From Lingula anatina (taxonomy: Eukaryota > Animalia > Brachiopoda), in NCBI GenBank assembly GCA_051362555.1, contig CM120644.1:11244567-11308566 (forward strand): a stretch of DNA of 64,000 nucleotides, read 5' to 3'. Below the pieces are notes generated by a model. The model did not search any database and was not told where the DNA came from. It was given only the letters and a program-made list of their open reading frames with translations. Position 1 is the stretch's first letter; each line of letters opens with the position of its first letter. Positions 14,901-28,600 of this stretch are shown in pieces. The position numbers were made by a program, and so were the translations under genes.

Positions 14901-16750
14901 GCCAATATTCTTCATATTTGGCCATTGTTTAATCCGTAGATTTGTGGCATTGAAACAGCATTGTTCCTCATTCATTATATACTGTCTCCTCTTTTGGTCA
15001 TTTCTCTCCACAACGGCAAACTAAGCAAAAACATTTTTTAACCGAGTACAATTTTGTTCTTAAAACTTTCAGCCGGATGGTCAGCCTGGACGTCGTGGTC
15101 AAGCTGTTCAGCGTCCTGTGGTCAAGGCAGCACTGGACGTACTCGTGTATGTTCTGGACTTGGAGAGTGTCCGGGACCGGCTAGGGAGACGAAACAGTGC
15201 AGCAACGGGCCTTGTGGTACGCTGTGTCCTGTTTTCCTACGTCGATAAGCTATATACTTTATAATGGACCACAGTTGTTTGGGAATATTACTGGCTAAAA
15301 TTAATATAAATTGTGTAAAGAAAACATCCTTATACACCGGAAGGCATTTGACACCAAGAATTCTTTTACAATTTCAGCGTCTTGGTCTGCCTGGACAGCG
15401 TTTAGCGCATGCTCACTAACTTGTGGTCAAGGTACAAGCAGAAGAACACGGCAGTGTATCGGTATAGGAACATGTCCGGGAGCTGGGATTGAAGATCAGG
15501 CCTGTAATAACGGACCTTGTGGTAAGGGAAACGTTCCACCTCGTTATAACCATCTATCGCTTAAAAAAAGAAAGGTTGTTGCCATGACAGCGTTGACAAG
15601 AAATATTCATATCCTATTTTGACTCGTTTTTCAGCTGGTTGGTCGGCCTGGACATCGTGGTCAAGTTGTTCAGCGTCCTGTGGTCAAGGCAGCACTGGAC
15701 GTACTCGTGTATGTTCTGGACTTGGAGAGTGTCCAGGGGCAGCAAGTGAGACCAAACAGTGCAGTAATGGACCTTGTGGTATGTCGTCCTACATACATGT
15801 ACATGAACTGAGAGCAGTTTTTTCTTCAATAGCTTCGTAAAATATTTCGAAGACGGCAATGAATTTAGTACATAACGAACAAAAAAAATGTGCCAGAAAA
15901 ATTATGATTCGTTAATAGTTATTTATTTAGAAATAACATTTCATTTTTACATTCCCAGCATCTTGGTCGGCGTGGACGGCATTTGGAAGCTGTTCAGTGT
16001 CGTGTGGTCCTGGCAGTAGCAGGAGAACTAGAGAATGTATTGGAATAGGATTCTGCCCTGGAGATGAATTCGAAGTCAGAGCCTGCAACGACGGAGCCTG
16101 TGGTAGGGAAATAGAGACTTATTTCCAAGCTAAGACGACCAAATCGAATAACGAAAATACAAACGAACGAGTTTTTAAATTTCTGTATCTTTTCTGTTAT
16201 TTTCCTGGGATCAATATCATTTGAAAAAATTGCAGAATAATCGTTCCATTTTTAAACAAAGAAAATATATTGTTTTTATTACGATTTTCAGCTGGTTGGT
16301 CAGCCTGGACATCGTGGTCAAGCTGTTCAGCGTCCTGTGGTCAAGGCAGCACTGGACGTACTCGTGTATGTTCTGGACTTGGAGAGTGTCCGGGAGCAGC
16401 AAGTGAGACCAAACAGTGTAGCAACGGACCTTGTGGTTAGTATTTTTTCGTATAAATGCTTTAGGTAATGATAGTTAATTATTATGATCGTTAAATCCGT
16501 TGAACTGCCTTGTAAATGGATGTGGATTTAATGCGTAAATTAAAATACTCTCCCAGTCTTGCTATCGACAGTTGAAACTAAGGTCAATTTCACTGAAAGT
16601 CAGTCTTATAAAAGAATGACATAGCGGCTGATAAAATATAAGAACCTAATTATCGAACCATTGATTGCTCTCTCGGCTAGTATTAATTGTATTTTATTCT
16701 ATTTATATTGTATGTATACGCCCATGCGCTAATGAGATTACTTATCATAG

Positions 16751-16818
<68 letters not shown>

Positions 16819-19557
16819 CAAAGCTCTCAAATTTGTTTTTTAACGCCCCACTGGTTTTTGCTATCTTTTTATAAAATAAGTTGATAAGGTTTTTTAAAAA
16901 TTCTTTTAGTAAAATACTCCTGAGAAGTTATTTTTACCACATTGCACGTTACCCTTTTTATGAAAATTTTTAGAATGCTGTTTCTTTTTTTCTAAATCTA
17001 GGCTTATACCAGTGGTTTTGTGGGCTTCATTAGGCCTACATAACTTCACATTAATTGGCATGTACAAATCCACTTTACATAACCTGTTACCTCTCAAGTG
17101 CGCCGTTTAGTCAGGCAGTAGAAGAGAGATTATCAGAACGTGAATAATCGATCAAAAATGTGACCAAAAATCGGCCCTTAGCCAGCACCAGAAACAAATA
17201 ATCCAGACACAACTATAATAACATCCACCAGAATAGAAAATATTAAAATACTGGTCAAGGAAAACCGTGACTCTCACCGTAAAGTCCTTGATGCTATTAA
17301 CATCAGGCTACACTGGGCAAAACTCAATAGAAATGATGGAACTGAGCTGCCCAACCTCTATCTTCCACTCATTAGTGTCTCAATTTCCAAACCATTGTTT
17401 TTTGTGTACGACCCATATCTTTATAAACTTATTTATATATTCTTAGCATTATTTTCCTTTAGTTGGATAAAGTATATAGTAAGTTCTTGATGTTATATTA
17501 AGACAAACATACACATACTGTACATGCTGTACATATCTTGGGTGTCAAAAATTCTAGTCTTGCGACGTTCAACCCGGCCTTCAATTGAAAATCCACGATT
17601 TCAAACTGCCGGATATGTTCATTAGGGACATTTAGATCAGCTTTCAATTTAGCATTGTCAGTCCCCAACTGTTGGATGCGTTCATTAGCAGCGGTGCCCT
17701 CGTTCACTTCGGCCTGAACAAAAACTTTTTCCATCTTGCTTTGCTCACGTGTTTCCCAACCCCTGCCCCCTGTCTTGTCACCTGTCCCTTCGGGTCACGT
17801 TGGCCACCAGCTGCAGTGTCAGTGCCAGTGTCACTGGTGACAATACTTTCTTCTTTTTCTTCAAAAGAAAAAAATAAACTCTAAATTAAATCAGTATCGA
17901 TTCAACACGAGTTTAGTGTGGGAGGTGTAAATACATATATTCCTACTAATTTTCTTTCAAACCACATATTCTGATGTCTATGACAAGCGACGTCTGGAGT
18001 TAGTAGGTCAGAAAATGTGTATTCACTAAACACTCACCACAGATGATCATTGCGTTAGGTGGAATCCCGGCCTCTGCCAATGTACATGAGTCATCAGGCC
18101 ACTGTAGATAGCACTAAAACCATTGTAATATTGGGAAATCAGAAACGGACAGATAACTAACAAAAGTTGTTAACCCACGTATAGTTTATGGCCCCATTTG
18201 GAATGGATGATCCGAGTACTTCCTTATCCCCAGACTAAACATGGTCGACCACATTTTACAAGCGACGCCGCTGATTCCTGATGGTCTCCACGCCTCCACA
18301 CGCGCCGTTGCTGCAGGGGTCTAGCAGTTAAACCACGGAGCGCAGATTTAATCCGTATGAAGGGGCGTGTGAACTGTGGTCAGCCATATTAAGTCGGCGG
18401 ATCAGTAAATACTCGGATCATCTATTCTGAACTGATTCTGTATGTTATACATTTGTTACATCAACCACTTTTGTCAGCTTATTGTAACCCCTAACCATTC
18501 ACAAAATTTACTAAAATTTAAATATTTAGATATTTGTTATCAGTCAATTTGGATCTATGTTTATATGAAACTTAGTTAATTTTTCAGAATGCCAACTGAA
18601 CAACACTTTAAAAATTCACTCACTTTACTTTAACATTAAAGTGTGCTTGATGTGAAAGGTTTATTATTACAATTGGTGCTAACAGATGAGAGAAACCAGG
18701 GCACTTACATGTACAACCTTCTGTTTTTCATTTCTGCTCTCTGCATGTTGCTCAAAATAAATACCAAAGCGTCCTTTACACATAATTTGAAGTAGATCTT
18801 GTAGGTCTGCTATTTTCATCTGTGGATAATAAAGTATGTCAAATCCCTGTCCATCTACTACCACATATAAGTTATCGTTTCTCTTCAAACGTTTCTCATC
18901 CACTGTCCTGTGCTCTGATACACATCTCCTCGCCCCACGGCGGCCACCAGCTGAAGCAGTATTTTCTTCTACATTTTCGGTATGAAGGAGAGGGTCTAAA
19001 TCCATCGCAGTGGGTGCCAGGGAAACACATTCCCGTTTAGAGGTGTTCAACGTAACTTTCAACCGGTCATTCTCAATCTTTAATTGTCGGATACGTTCGT
19101 TAGTGGTGGCGACCTTAGCCCTCAATGATGTCAGTTGATCCTCCATCTCGTTACCTTTGCCTTTTAATTCAGCCTCAAGTTGCTGAATTTTCTTCGCCCG
19201 CTCTTTCAGTTCCAGACTTTGCTTCTGATTAGAATCAAGAAGGTTCGAGTTCTCAAGGGCTAGCCGCCTTTCCGAGTTGAAGCATGATGCCGCCCCTCTC
19301 TGCAGAAGATGAACCGTCCCTTTCAGCTCGGATATTTGTGCGTCGCGCTCTTTCATCTCAGTCGCTTGGTTTTCCAGTTCTTGTCGCAGCTCTAAGTTTT
19401 CCTTGGACAGTTGGTCGCACTTATTGACAAGTTTAGCAACATCAGGGACAGCCTGTTCCATGATTGGGAAACAATTCGAACGAGGAAGTAAAATTTACTC
19501 CTCAAAAACAACATGGCGTATACAACAGATAACGCAAATATGCCATATATATATATT

Positions 19558-19611
<54 letters not shown>

Positions 19612-22600
19612 TTTATGTTAATTATTTACATACATGTATATAGACTGTTTAAACGAGATAAGCCTTTATAAATATATGTATTTGAATATATATAGCCTTA
19701 TATATAAACTTTATCACTTCAGCCTCTTGGGCCCCGTGGTCAGGGTTTAGCGCTTGCTCACTAACTTGTGGTCAAGGTACCAGCAGAAGAACACGGCAGT
19801 GTATCGGTATAGGAACATGTCCTGGAGCTCAATTTGAAGATCAGGCCTGTAATAACGGACCTTGTGGTAAGGAGATCAATAAAACAATACGATAACTCCA
19901 ATCATCAGGCCTTTATTATCGAAGCATGTTCTAGGTAAATGGTTCATTAATTTAAACAAGTGGCATTAACTTTATAGAATCAACCAAGAAATATATAAAT
20001 TTAGAAAATCGTCGTAAATAAGACAAATGAGTTTTCTCAAATCGATTGATTTATTTGTTAGTGTATAATATACATATTTGTAATTCAAAGATCAATTTTG
20101 TTAAACAGTTTGAAGTTGATGTGTTTATTTACTTCAGCTTCCTGGTCCGCCTGGACGTCGTGGTCAAGCTGCTCAGCGTCTTGTGGTCAAGGCACCTCTG
20201 GACGAACGCGTGTATGTTCTGGACTGGGAGAGTGTCCGGGGTCTGCGAACGAAAACAGACCCTGCAGCAACGGCCCTTGCGGTGAGTTAACGAACAGATA
20301 TTAAAACTTTCGCCTTCAAAAGAAGTCTTTGAGCACAGATAATCTAGTAAAAGTATGAAATCAGTTGGTCACAGACCCCTTTCTTCTGATAAATTCTCTG
20401 TTTGATGTTCGTCTTTTTTTAAAAATAAAATGAATAGGTCTCTTTGGAAATGAAATAAGACGAAATATTCTGATATTTTCAGCCTCTTTAACTGCCTGGT
20501 CAACATGGAGCGCATGTTCTGCCTCGTGTAACCAGGGTGTCAGTACGCGCGTGCGCGAATGCACGGGACTGGGCACGTGTACAGGTGCTCTGTCTGAAAA
20601 CAGGCAGTGTTCTAATGGACCGTGTGGTAAGTTGCCACATTATCACCACACATAAGATATATAAGCCATTATTCATTTAATTAAAAATATCATAAATGGC
20701 TTGGCTGTTTGTGGTTCTAGCTACCAAGCGGAAAACTAAAGCAGGCAGCCTAAGTTAAAACTGATGTGAATTAGGATGTCAATAAATAAATAGAAGTGTT
20801 TGAAAATCAAGAACCTGGCGCACTATACACAGTGCATTCTCATCCTGCGTTTCGGAGTTTACTGGAAACTCATCTCAGTCATCACTATGCGGTTACCTGC
20901 CATTTCCAATTGCATAGACAGCAGAGACATGGAATGGTATCTCTAAATCTCAGGGTGCAGATCTGAATTTCTGATATATTCTTGAATTACGCCCTATGAT
21001 ATAATTATAAATATGTTTCATCTGTAGCCTCTTGGTCGGCGTGGACGTCTTGGAGTGACTGTTCTAACTACTGCGGCCCAGGAAAGAGCAGCCGTACCAG
21101 GCAGTGTACCGGGATAGGAACATGTCCCGGATCAGGAAGGGAGGAGAGAGATTGTAATAATGGAGCGTGCGGTAAGTTGCGCATCAACATGGAACAGATT
21201 GGCTGATGGTTGGTAAGGGCTGGTTAAATTATCAAAAAACATTTTGAAAGAGAAAGACGCAAAATGTATGACGCACACGATATTAATTGAAAAGGCGAGT
21301 AGACCTATCATTTATTTATTTATTTTTGTTCCTACCTAGGAGCCTGGACAGCCTGGACGTCGTGGTCAAGCTGTTCAGCGTCCTGTGGTCAAGGCAGCAC
21401 TGGACGTACTCGTGTATGTTCTGGACTTGGAGAGTGTCCAGGACCAGCAAGTGAGACCAAACAGTGCAGTAACGGACCTTGTGGTGAGTTATCTTCTGAT
21501 TCTTTCTACGTGTAGTTGGCCTACATACATCACTGCAGGTTAAACAATGAAGCTCTTTTCAAAAGGAGCGGTACAGTTTTCTTGTACATACCGAACCATT
21601 TTGACTGGTCCAAACACATTATCACGCGAAGTGTTTTTTTTACTCCCTTGCACAACCCTAAAGTACCAATAACCTTTGTCGTTTAGTTGATAGCCGCATT
21701 ATCAAGTGGTCAATCTCTCAAATTGGAGCGGTACATTTAATTGCCATAGTAACTGACGAGTATACAAGTTGATATTAATTAAAAATGCTGTTATAATTCA
21801 TATGGACTAAAAAAGGGTTAACGATTTTTAAGTTTCATCCCCTTGATTTTGATCGCGTTTAATCAAATTTAGAGTCAGCGTAAGAATGATGAAGTGTAAA
21901 AACAATGTATATTTCATTACAGCGTCTTGGTCAGCGTGGACAGAGTTTGGTAGCTGCTCTGTGTCGTGTGGTCAAGGGGTCAGTCTGAGGACCAGACAGT
22001 GTGAGGGGATAGGCACCTGTCCTGGACTCGGGCAAGAGGGGCGCGCCTGTAACAATGGCGCCTGTGGTAAGTCACTGTTACCTTATTTTTTATGTTGTCA
22101 GTTTGAAATAGTGAAAAAAGGGTGTGATCTTCACTGAGATAATGCTAAAAACTAAAACATAAATCTTCACTTTCTCTGTTTTTACGTTGATCAAATGACA
22201 ATGACCAAAATCCACAGCAACTATCTAAAAAACACTGACGCTTTGAAAATCCAATAATTTCATTTTTGACGATATGTTTATGTAAGCATTTTTATATACT
22301 CATTCGCCTTCCGCCTTGAGACGTTGGCTGCTCCAAAATATAGCCAGGCATATCAGGCTTTGGAACTTTCAACTGAATTGCAAGTGGAGCAGGTTAACAA
22401 TGTATGGAGCGGTTTTGTTTGAAGAGTTCGACTTGTTTGTGGCTTGTCATGGCATGGTGTCAGCTTTCTCATTATATTATATTATATTATATTATATTAT
22501 ATTATATTATATTATATTATATCTTTCGAAAACATTCGTTTTATTTCAAAATCGTTTACACCTTTCTCTATTTTAGCCTTGTGGTCAGCTTGGACGTCGT

Positions 22601-25600
22601 GGTCAAGCTGTTCAGCGTCTTGTGGTCAAGGTAGTTCTGGAAGAAGCCGAGTATGCTCCGGACTTGGAGAGTGTCCGGGTTCAGCCACTGAAAACAGACC
22701 TTGTAGCAATGGACCTTGTGGTGAATAGAATTAAAACCTTTACTCAGTTATTAAAAGATATAATATCATAATTTAGAAAAAGAAGAAAAACCTTTGCAAA
22801 CTCGATAGGCAGAAGAGCAAAGAGAAAACTATTTTATGAAAGCTATAGCACTCAATATTTGGCAGTAATTGGCCATATTACAATATTTACAAGAAAGTTT
22901 ACAGTTAGCTGTCCCTGGTCTTAAAAATAACGTTATATTATTATTAGAAATAGTCAAAAGGGCAAATAGGTAATTAGCTTGTTTAAGATGACACAATATA
23001 TAACGTCAAAGATGAACATTTGCACAATATTGTAAGTTCATACTGCGCCTCTTCTAAAGTTAAATGGTTTTGTTGTAGCCTCATGGACAGCGTGGACAGG
23101 ATTCAGTGCCTGCTCTCTGACCTGTGGTCAAGGCAGTAGTAGACGGACACGGCAGTGTATTGGTATAGGAACATGTCCAGGGGCAGGATTTGAGGATAAG
23201 ACTTGTAATAATGGACCTTGTGGTAAGGCAAACGTTATATCGTGAATGGATGTGACGTTATTACCAGTTAAAATATTTGAATAATTTTGTTTACATTTAC
23301 AGATCATTGCAAAGCCGTCATGATGAATTTGACTGCCATTTTGCAACATTCGTTCAAATGTTTATATAGTAATTGTATAATACCGTTTTGTTTTCTTCTT
23401 ATAGCCGCCTGGTCGGCCTGGACATCGTGGAGCAGTTGTTCAGCGTCTTGTGGTCAAGGCAGTACAAGACGTACTCGTGTATGTTCTGGACTTGGAGAGT
23501 GTCCGGGAGCAGCAAGTGAGACCAAACAGTGCAGTAATGGACCTTGTGGTTAGTATGATGACGTATTAGGTTCAATTTTATGGATTGTTATGTTTTATGT
23601 TCTGTTAAATTAGTACTTGTATTACACTGTTTGAAACAAATGCAGTTCCTTCATGATAAAAAACTAATGTAACTAAGGATAATAAGATTGGTGAACGAAA
23701 GGATTTGGTGGACGAAATTAATGAAAACATTAACAACAAACACCAATGTAACAAGAAAGACTACGTGAGCGCTAAAAGACATGCGTGCGGATAATGTAAA
23801 AGGAAATGTAAAGTATTTCTCCATGTCATTTTACTTTTTGCTGTCAAATTAATCGTTGAATCCTGCACCATTGCTAAGAAATGTCATTGTTCATTTCAGC
23901 GTCTTGGTCTGCCTGGACAGCGTTTAGCGCATGCTCACTGACTTGTGGTCCAGGTACCAGCAGAAGAACACGGCAGTGTATCGGTATAGGAACATGTCCG
24001 GGAGCTGGGGTTGAAGATCAGGCCTGTAATAACGGACCTTGTGGTGAGTTATCCTGCAAACCTTATTCATTTGGCTATATGAAGTTCCATCCTTTAAAAA
24101 TCGTTGTTTGTTTAATGTGTTATATTTCTGTGTTTTTTCCAAGTTTTTTGGTAGCATACCACCTTGTTGTATGAAACCTTGAACTTTTCCTTTTTTGTAA
24201 TACTGAGTGGTTACATCACAGTGGCACTTCTTTAATGTACAGCTGCCTGGCTCGTAACTTTTAGCATTAAAGTGATTGAGACAGTCAAGTGTGTATCAGG
24301 CCCTTTGTAAAATTGAGAAGCCGCCATAGTACGGTAACTTCATATATAATATTCCTTGTCAGAAAACAAGAAAATATAGATATATACACATTATTATTAT
24401 TATTATTTCAGCTGGTTGGTCAGCGTGGACGTCGTGGTCAAGCTGTTCCGCGTCCTGTGGTCAAGGTTCCTCTGTCCGTACTCGTGTATGTTCTGGCCTG
24501 GGAGAATGTCCGGGACTGGCAAGAGAAACCAGGCTGTGCACTAACGGCCCGTGCGGTAAGAGTCCAAGACGCAAGTCTTCTGTGCCACTTTATTACATTC
24601 ATCTTTCTCGAATATTTTAATATGGGTTTTTAGCATTGTGTGAGACGTTAAGAACTAACTGCATCTGCGTTCCTTTTGCAAGATTTTGGTCAACCGCATC
24701 TTGCAAAATGATCGGTTCTCACCAAACCTGCTAATTTAAAAGCTCTGGTCACTTATTCGAAATCATCTGCTGTTCTAGCATCTTGGTCAGCTTGGACAGC
24801 GTTTGGAAGCTGTTCGGTCACGTGCGGCCCTGGGCGTAGCAGACGGACCAGACAGTGCACTGGTATTGGTCAGTGTCCAGGAGATGGAGTTGAAGACCGG
24901 GCCTGTAATAACGGAGATTGTGGTGAGTTCTTTGCTTTCAGGTTGCTGGTTACGGAGCTTTTAAAGGGACATGCAAAAGAAAAAAAAATCAACTTTCGAA
25001 AGCAATGATTATTACGATCTAACGCAATCTTTGCAAGGGAACGCAATGATTTTTGTTTTCTAATGCAATCTCAATCTTTCACTCCGAGACGGCGATAGCC
25101 TCGTCTTCAGGTTATGATTGCGTTCGAATGTAAAAAAAATAGCGTTCAAAAGATTGAATTATTTTAAAGGCTCCATAGCTGGTAGAGGTCGAGTTTTAGA
25201 TACTTAACATTTAGCCTGTGTAGTTATTGGTATTTCTAGTTGTTCAGCTGTCTGTTTGAAAGGCTTTCAATATCTCTCAATTGATATACTTTTCTTAGCC
25301 GCCTGGTCAGCCTGGACGTCGTGGTCAAGCTGTTCAGCGTCCTGTGGTCAAGGCAGCACTGGACGTACTCGTGTATGTTCTGGACTGGGAGAGTGTCCAG
25401 GAGCAGCTAGGGAGACCAAACAGTGCAGTAACGGACCTTGTGGTACGCCATTACTTTTTTTTCATTTACACTGGTAGCAACAATTTCTTGGAAATGTTAG
25501 TAGTACAAATTAATGTAAATCGTTAAAAGATTGTGCATTTTACCATGAAGGCGATTGAATTTCAAGATTTTGTTTGAACAATTTCAGCGTCTTGGTCTGC

Positions 25601-28600
25601 CTGGACGGCGTTCAGCGCTTGCTCATTAACTTGTGGTCAAGGTACAAGCAGAAGAACACGGCAGTGTATCGGTATAGGAACATGTCCGGGAGCTCAGTTT
25701 GAAGACCAGACCTGTAATAACGGACCTTGTGGTAAGGGAAATTTTCCACATGAACCGTGATTACCAACCATCTTTTGAAAATAAAATGTTAACGAAGAAA
25801 GTGTTGACTGATAATTTGCATAACCTTTTCAAACCATTTTCAGCCGGATGGTCAGCCTGGACATCGTGGAGCAGCTGTTCAGCGTCCTGTGGTCAAGGCA
25901 GCACTGGACGTACTCGTGTATGTTCTGGACTTGGAGAGTGTCCAGGAGCGGAAAGTGAACTCAAACAGTGCAGTAACGGACCTTGTGGTACGCCATATTC
26001 TTTTTTCAATTAATTTTAAAAGCTTTATACTTCACAAAGGCTTACAGCTGTTTGTAAATGTCAGTGGGCTTAAATAGTGCATTTCACCATAAAGACGCTT
26101 TAATTTCAATTACTTTACAATTTCAGCGTCTTGGTCTGCTTGGACAGCGTTCGGAGCTTGCTCATTAACTTGTGGTCAAGGTACCAGCAGAAGAACACGG
26201 CAGTGTATTGGTATAGGAACATGTCCAGGAGCTCAATTTGAAGATCAGACCTGTAATAACGGACCTTGTGGTAAGGGAAATGTTTTACTTAAACCGTGTA
26301 CAAACCATCTCTTGGAAATATGATGTTTTGTTTACGATAGTAATGTTGACGGGTAATCCCCATTTCCTTCTCAAACTATTTCAGCCGGATGGTCAGCCTG
26401 GACATCGTGGTCAAGTTGTTCAGCGTCCTGTGGTCAAGGCAGCACTGGACGTACTCGTGTATGTTCTGGACTTGGAGAGTGTCCAGGAGCAGCAAGTGAA
26501 AACAAACCTTGTAGCAACGGACCCTGTGGTACGCCATGCGCCGTTTCCCTTATGTTGAAAAACTATATTTGATGTACCATTGTTGTAACCTACCCTCTAC
26601 CAGGGCCGCAGTTATTATTGTGGACATTTTTTGCTGAGAGCCAAAATGACTGTCTATTTATCTATAGACATATCTGTAAATATCTGTGGAAAATCAATCT
26701 GTCGCCCTGGTAGAGGGTAGTTGTAACCTACGTCAAGGCGGTTTTGTTGTTGGTTTCGTTACTTTGTTAGTTTGTCTGTCTTTAAGCAACATTATGCCAA
26801 CAAATTGGCAGATTTTGATGAAACTTTCAGTATATTTTAGGTTTAGGAATACTATGGGCTAACTTGAAAGTGATTTTATTTCAATAATGATCTTTTTATC
26901 AATTAATGTTTAATTATTATATAATTATTTGTCATGGCAGATGTCTGTGCTCGTTCAATGCTTTTTTAGTTTCTAACTGTATGTGGTCCAAAATAGTGTA
27001 CATCGTGTAAAGAAAACGTGCATCATACCACTACGGCGCTTGAATTTCAAGAACTTCTTCTTTACAATCCCAGCGTCTTGGTCTGCATGGACAGCGTTTA
27101 GCGCCTGCTCGCTAACTTGTGGTCAAGGTACCAGCAGAAGAACACGGCAGTGTATCGGTATAGGAACATGTCCGGGAGCTCAATTTGAAGACCAGGCCTG
27201 TAACAACGGACCTTGTGGTAAGGACATCAATAACACAGCATGCCACTACATTTGATTCTGGTTCTTTTTCATGGTATAACATAAGTTAATTTAAAAACGG
27301 TCTTGCAACATCTTATGAATATAAATGATTTAATTAAGTATTTACTATCGATATTTTTATTAGCCGGATGGTCAGCCTGGACGTCGTGGTCAAGCTGTTC
27401 AGCGTCCTGTGGTCAAGGCAGCACTGGACGCACTCGTGTATGTTCTGGACTTGGAGAGTGTCCAGGACCAGCAAGTGAAACCAAACAGTGCAGCAACGGA
27501 CCTTGTGGTGAGTTGGTTGTTTTACATTGGATAGAATTTTAAAGTCTCTATTTATGATGCTGCAGGCTGTGTTTTCACTTACTCGTGTATATTTCCCAAT
27601 GTTATTTGATTTCTTGTAAACATTTATCCCAGCTTCATGGTCAGCCTGGACATCGTGGAGCAGTTGTTCAGCATCCTGTGGTCAGGGAGCAGTCAGCAGA
27701 ACACGCCAGTGTCAGGGCATAGGAAACTGTCCTGGCGTGGCCAGGGAAAGCAGGGATTGTAATATCGGACCCTGTGGTAAGTTTCTGTTGTTGGGGTATT
27801 ATGTATAGCCATTGCTGAATTCATATAAAATGTAGATTGGTGATATAGTTGTCATTATCAGTCGATGTCTGCTATTAAATGACAACAGGAATACATCGGT
27901 GCAAAGACGGAAATCCATAGCAAAAAATTTTTCCATCGTGTTTTGCAAACAGTTCAACAGTATATTCACAACAGCTCTTCAAGCTACAAATTACTAAAAC
28001 AAGAAACATGAAACCTTTCAGATGATACAAAATGAGTATAATAAATATTAAGAACCATATTTTACAAGTATATATATTACTCTTGGAATTGGAGAGACTT
28101 AAAGTGTTCTACTTAATTTTCAGCCATGTGGACGGCGTGGTCAGAGTTTGGCGCATGCTCAGCTCCTTGTGGTCAAGGGTCCAGTATACGGACACGTCAA
28201 TGTCAAGGCTTAGGGACGTGTCCAGGAGGAGCAGTTGAAGCACGGGACTGCAACAACGGACCTTGTGGTGAGTGTTAATCGTGACAGCGTTATTGTGTTA
28301 GACGTGACAGTCTTATTGTGTTAGATGTGACGATGTTATTTTGGAAAGTGTTACTCAGATTGAGCTGACCTGATAATGCCAAGAAAGGAAAACGAGGCAT
28401 ATTTAATTTTTGAAGCCTAAATAATTTATAAAATCATTGCGTTAGGGTTGAAAATGATTGTTGTACATTGCTTTAGAAATTGGCAGTGGCACTATGGAAA
28501 ACAATGTAGTATGCAAAAAATATATTGTAGTTAGATCTCCAGATGGCTTCAACAGCAGATATGAATCATTTCAGCGTCGTGGGGAGCCTGGACGGCGTGG

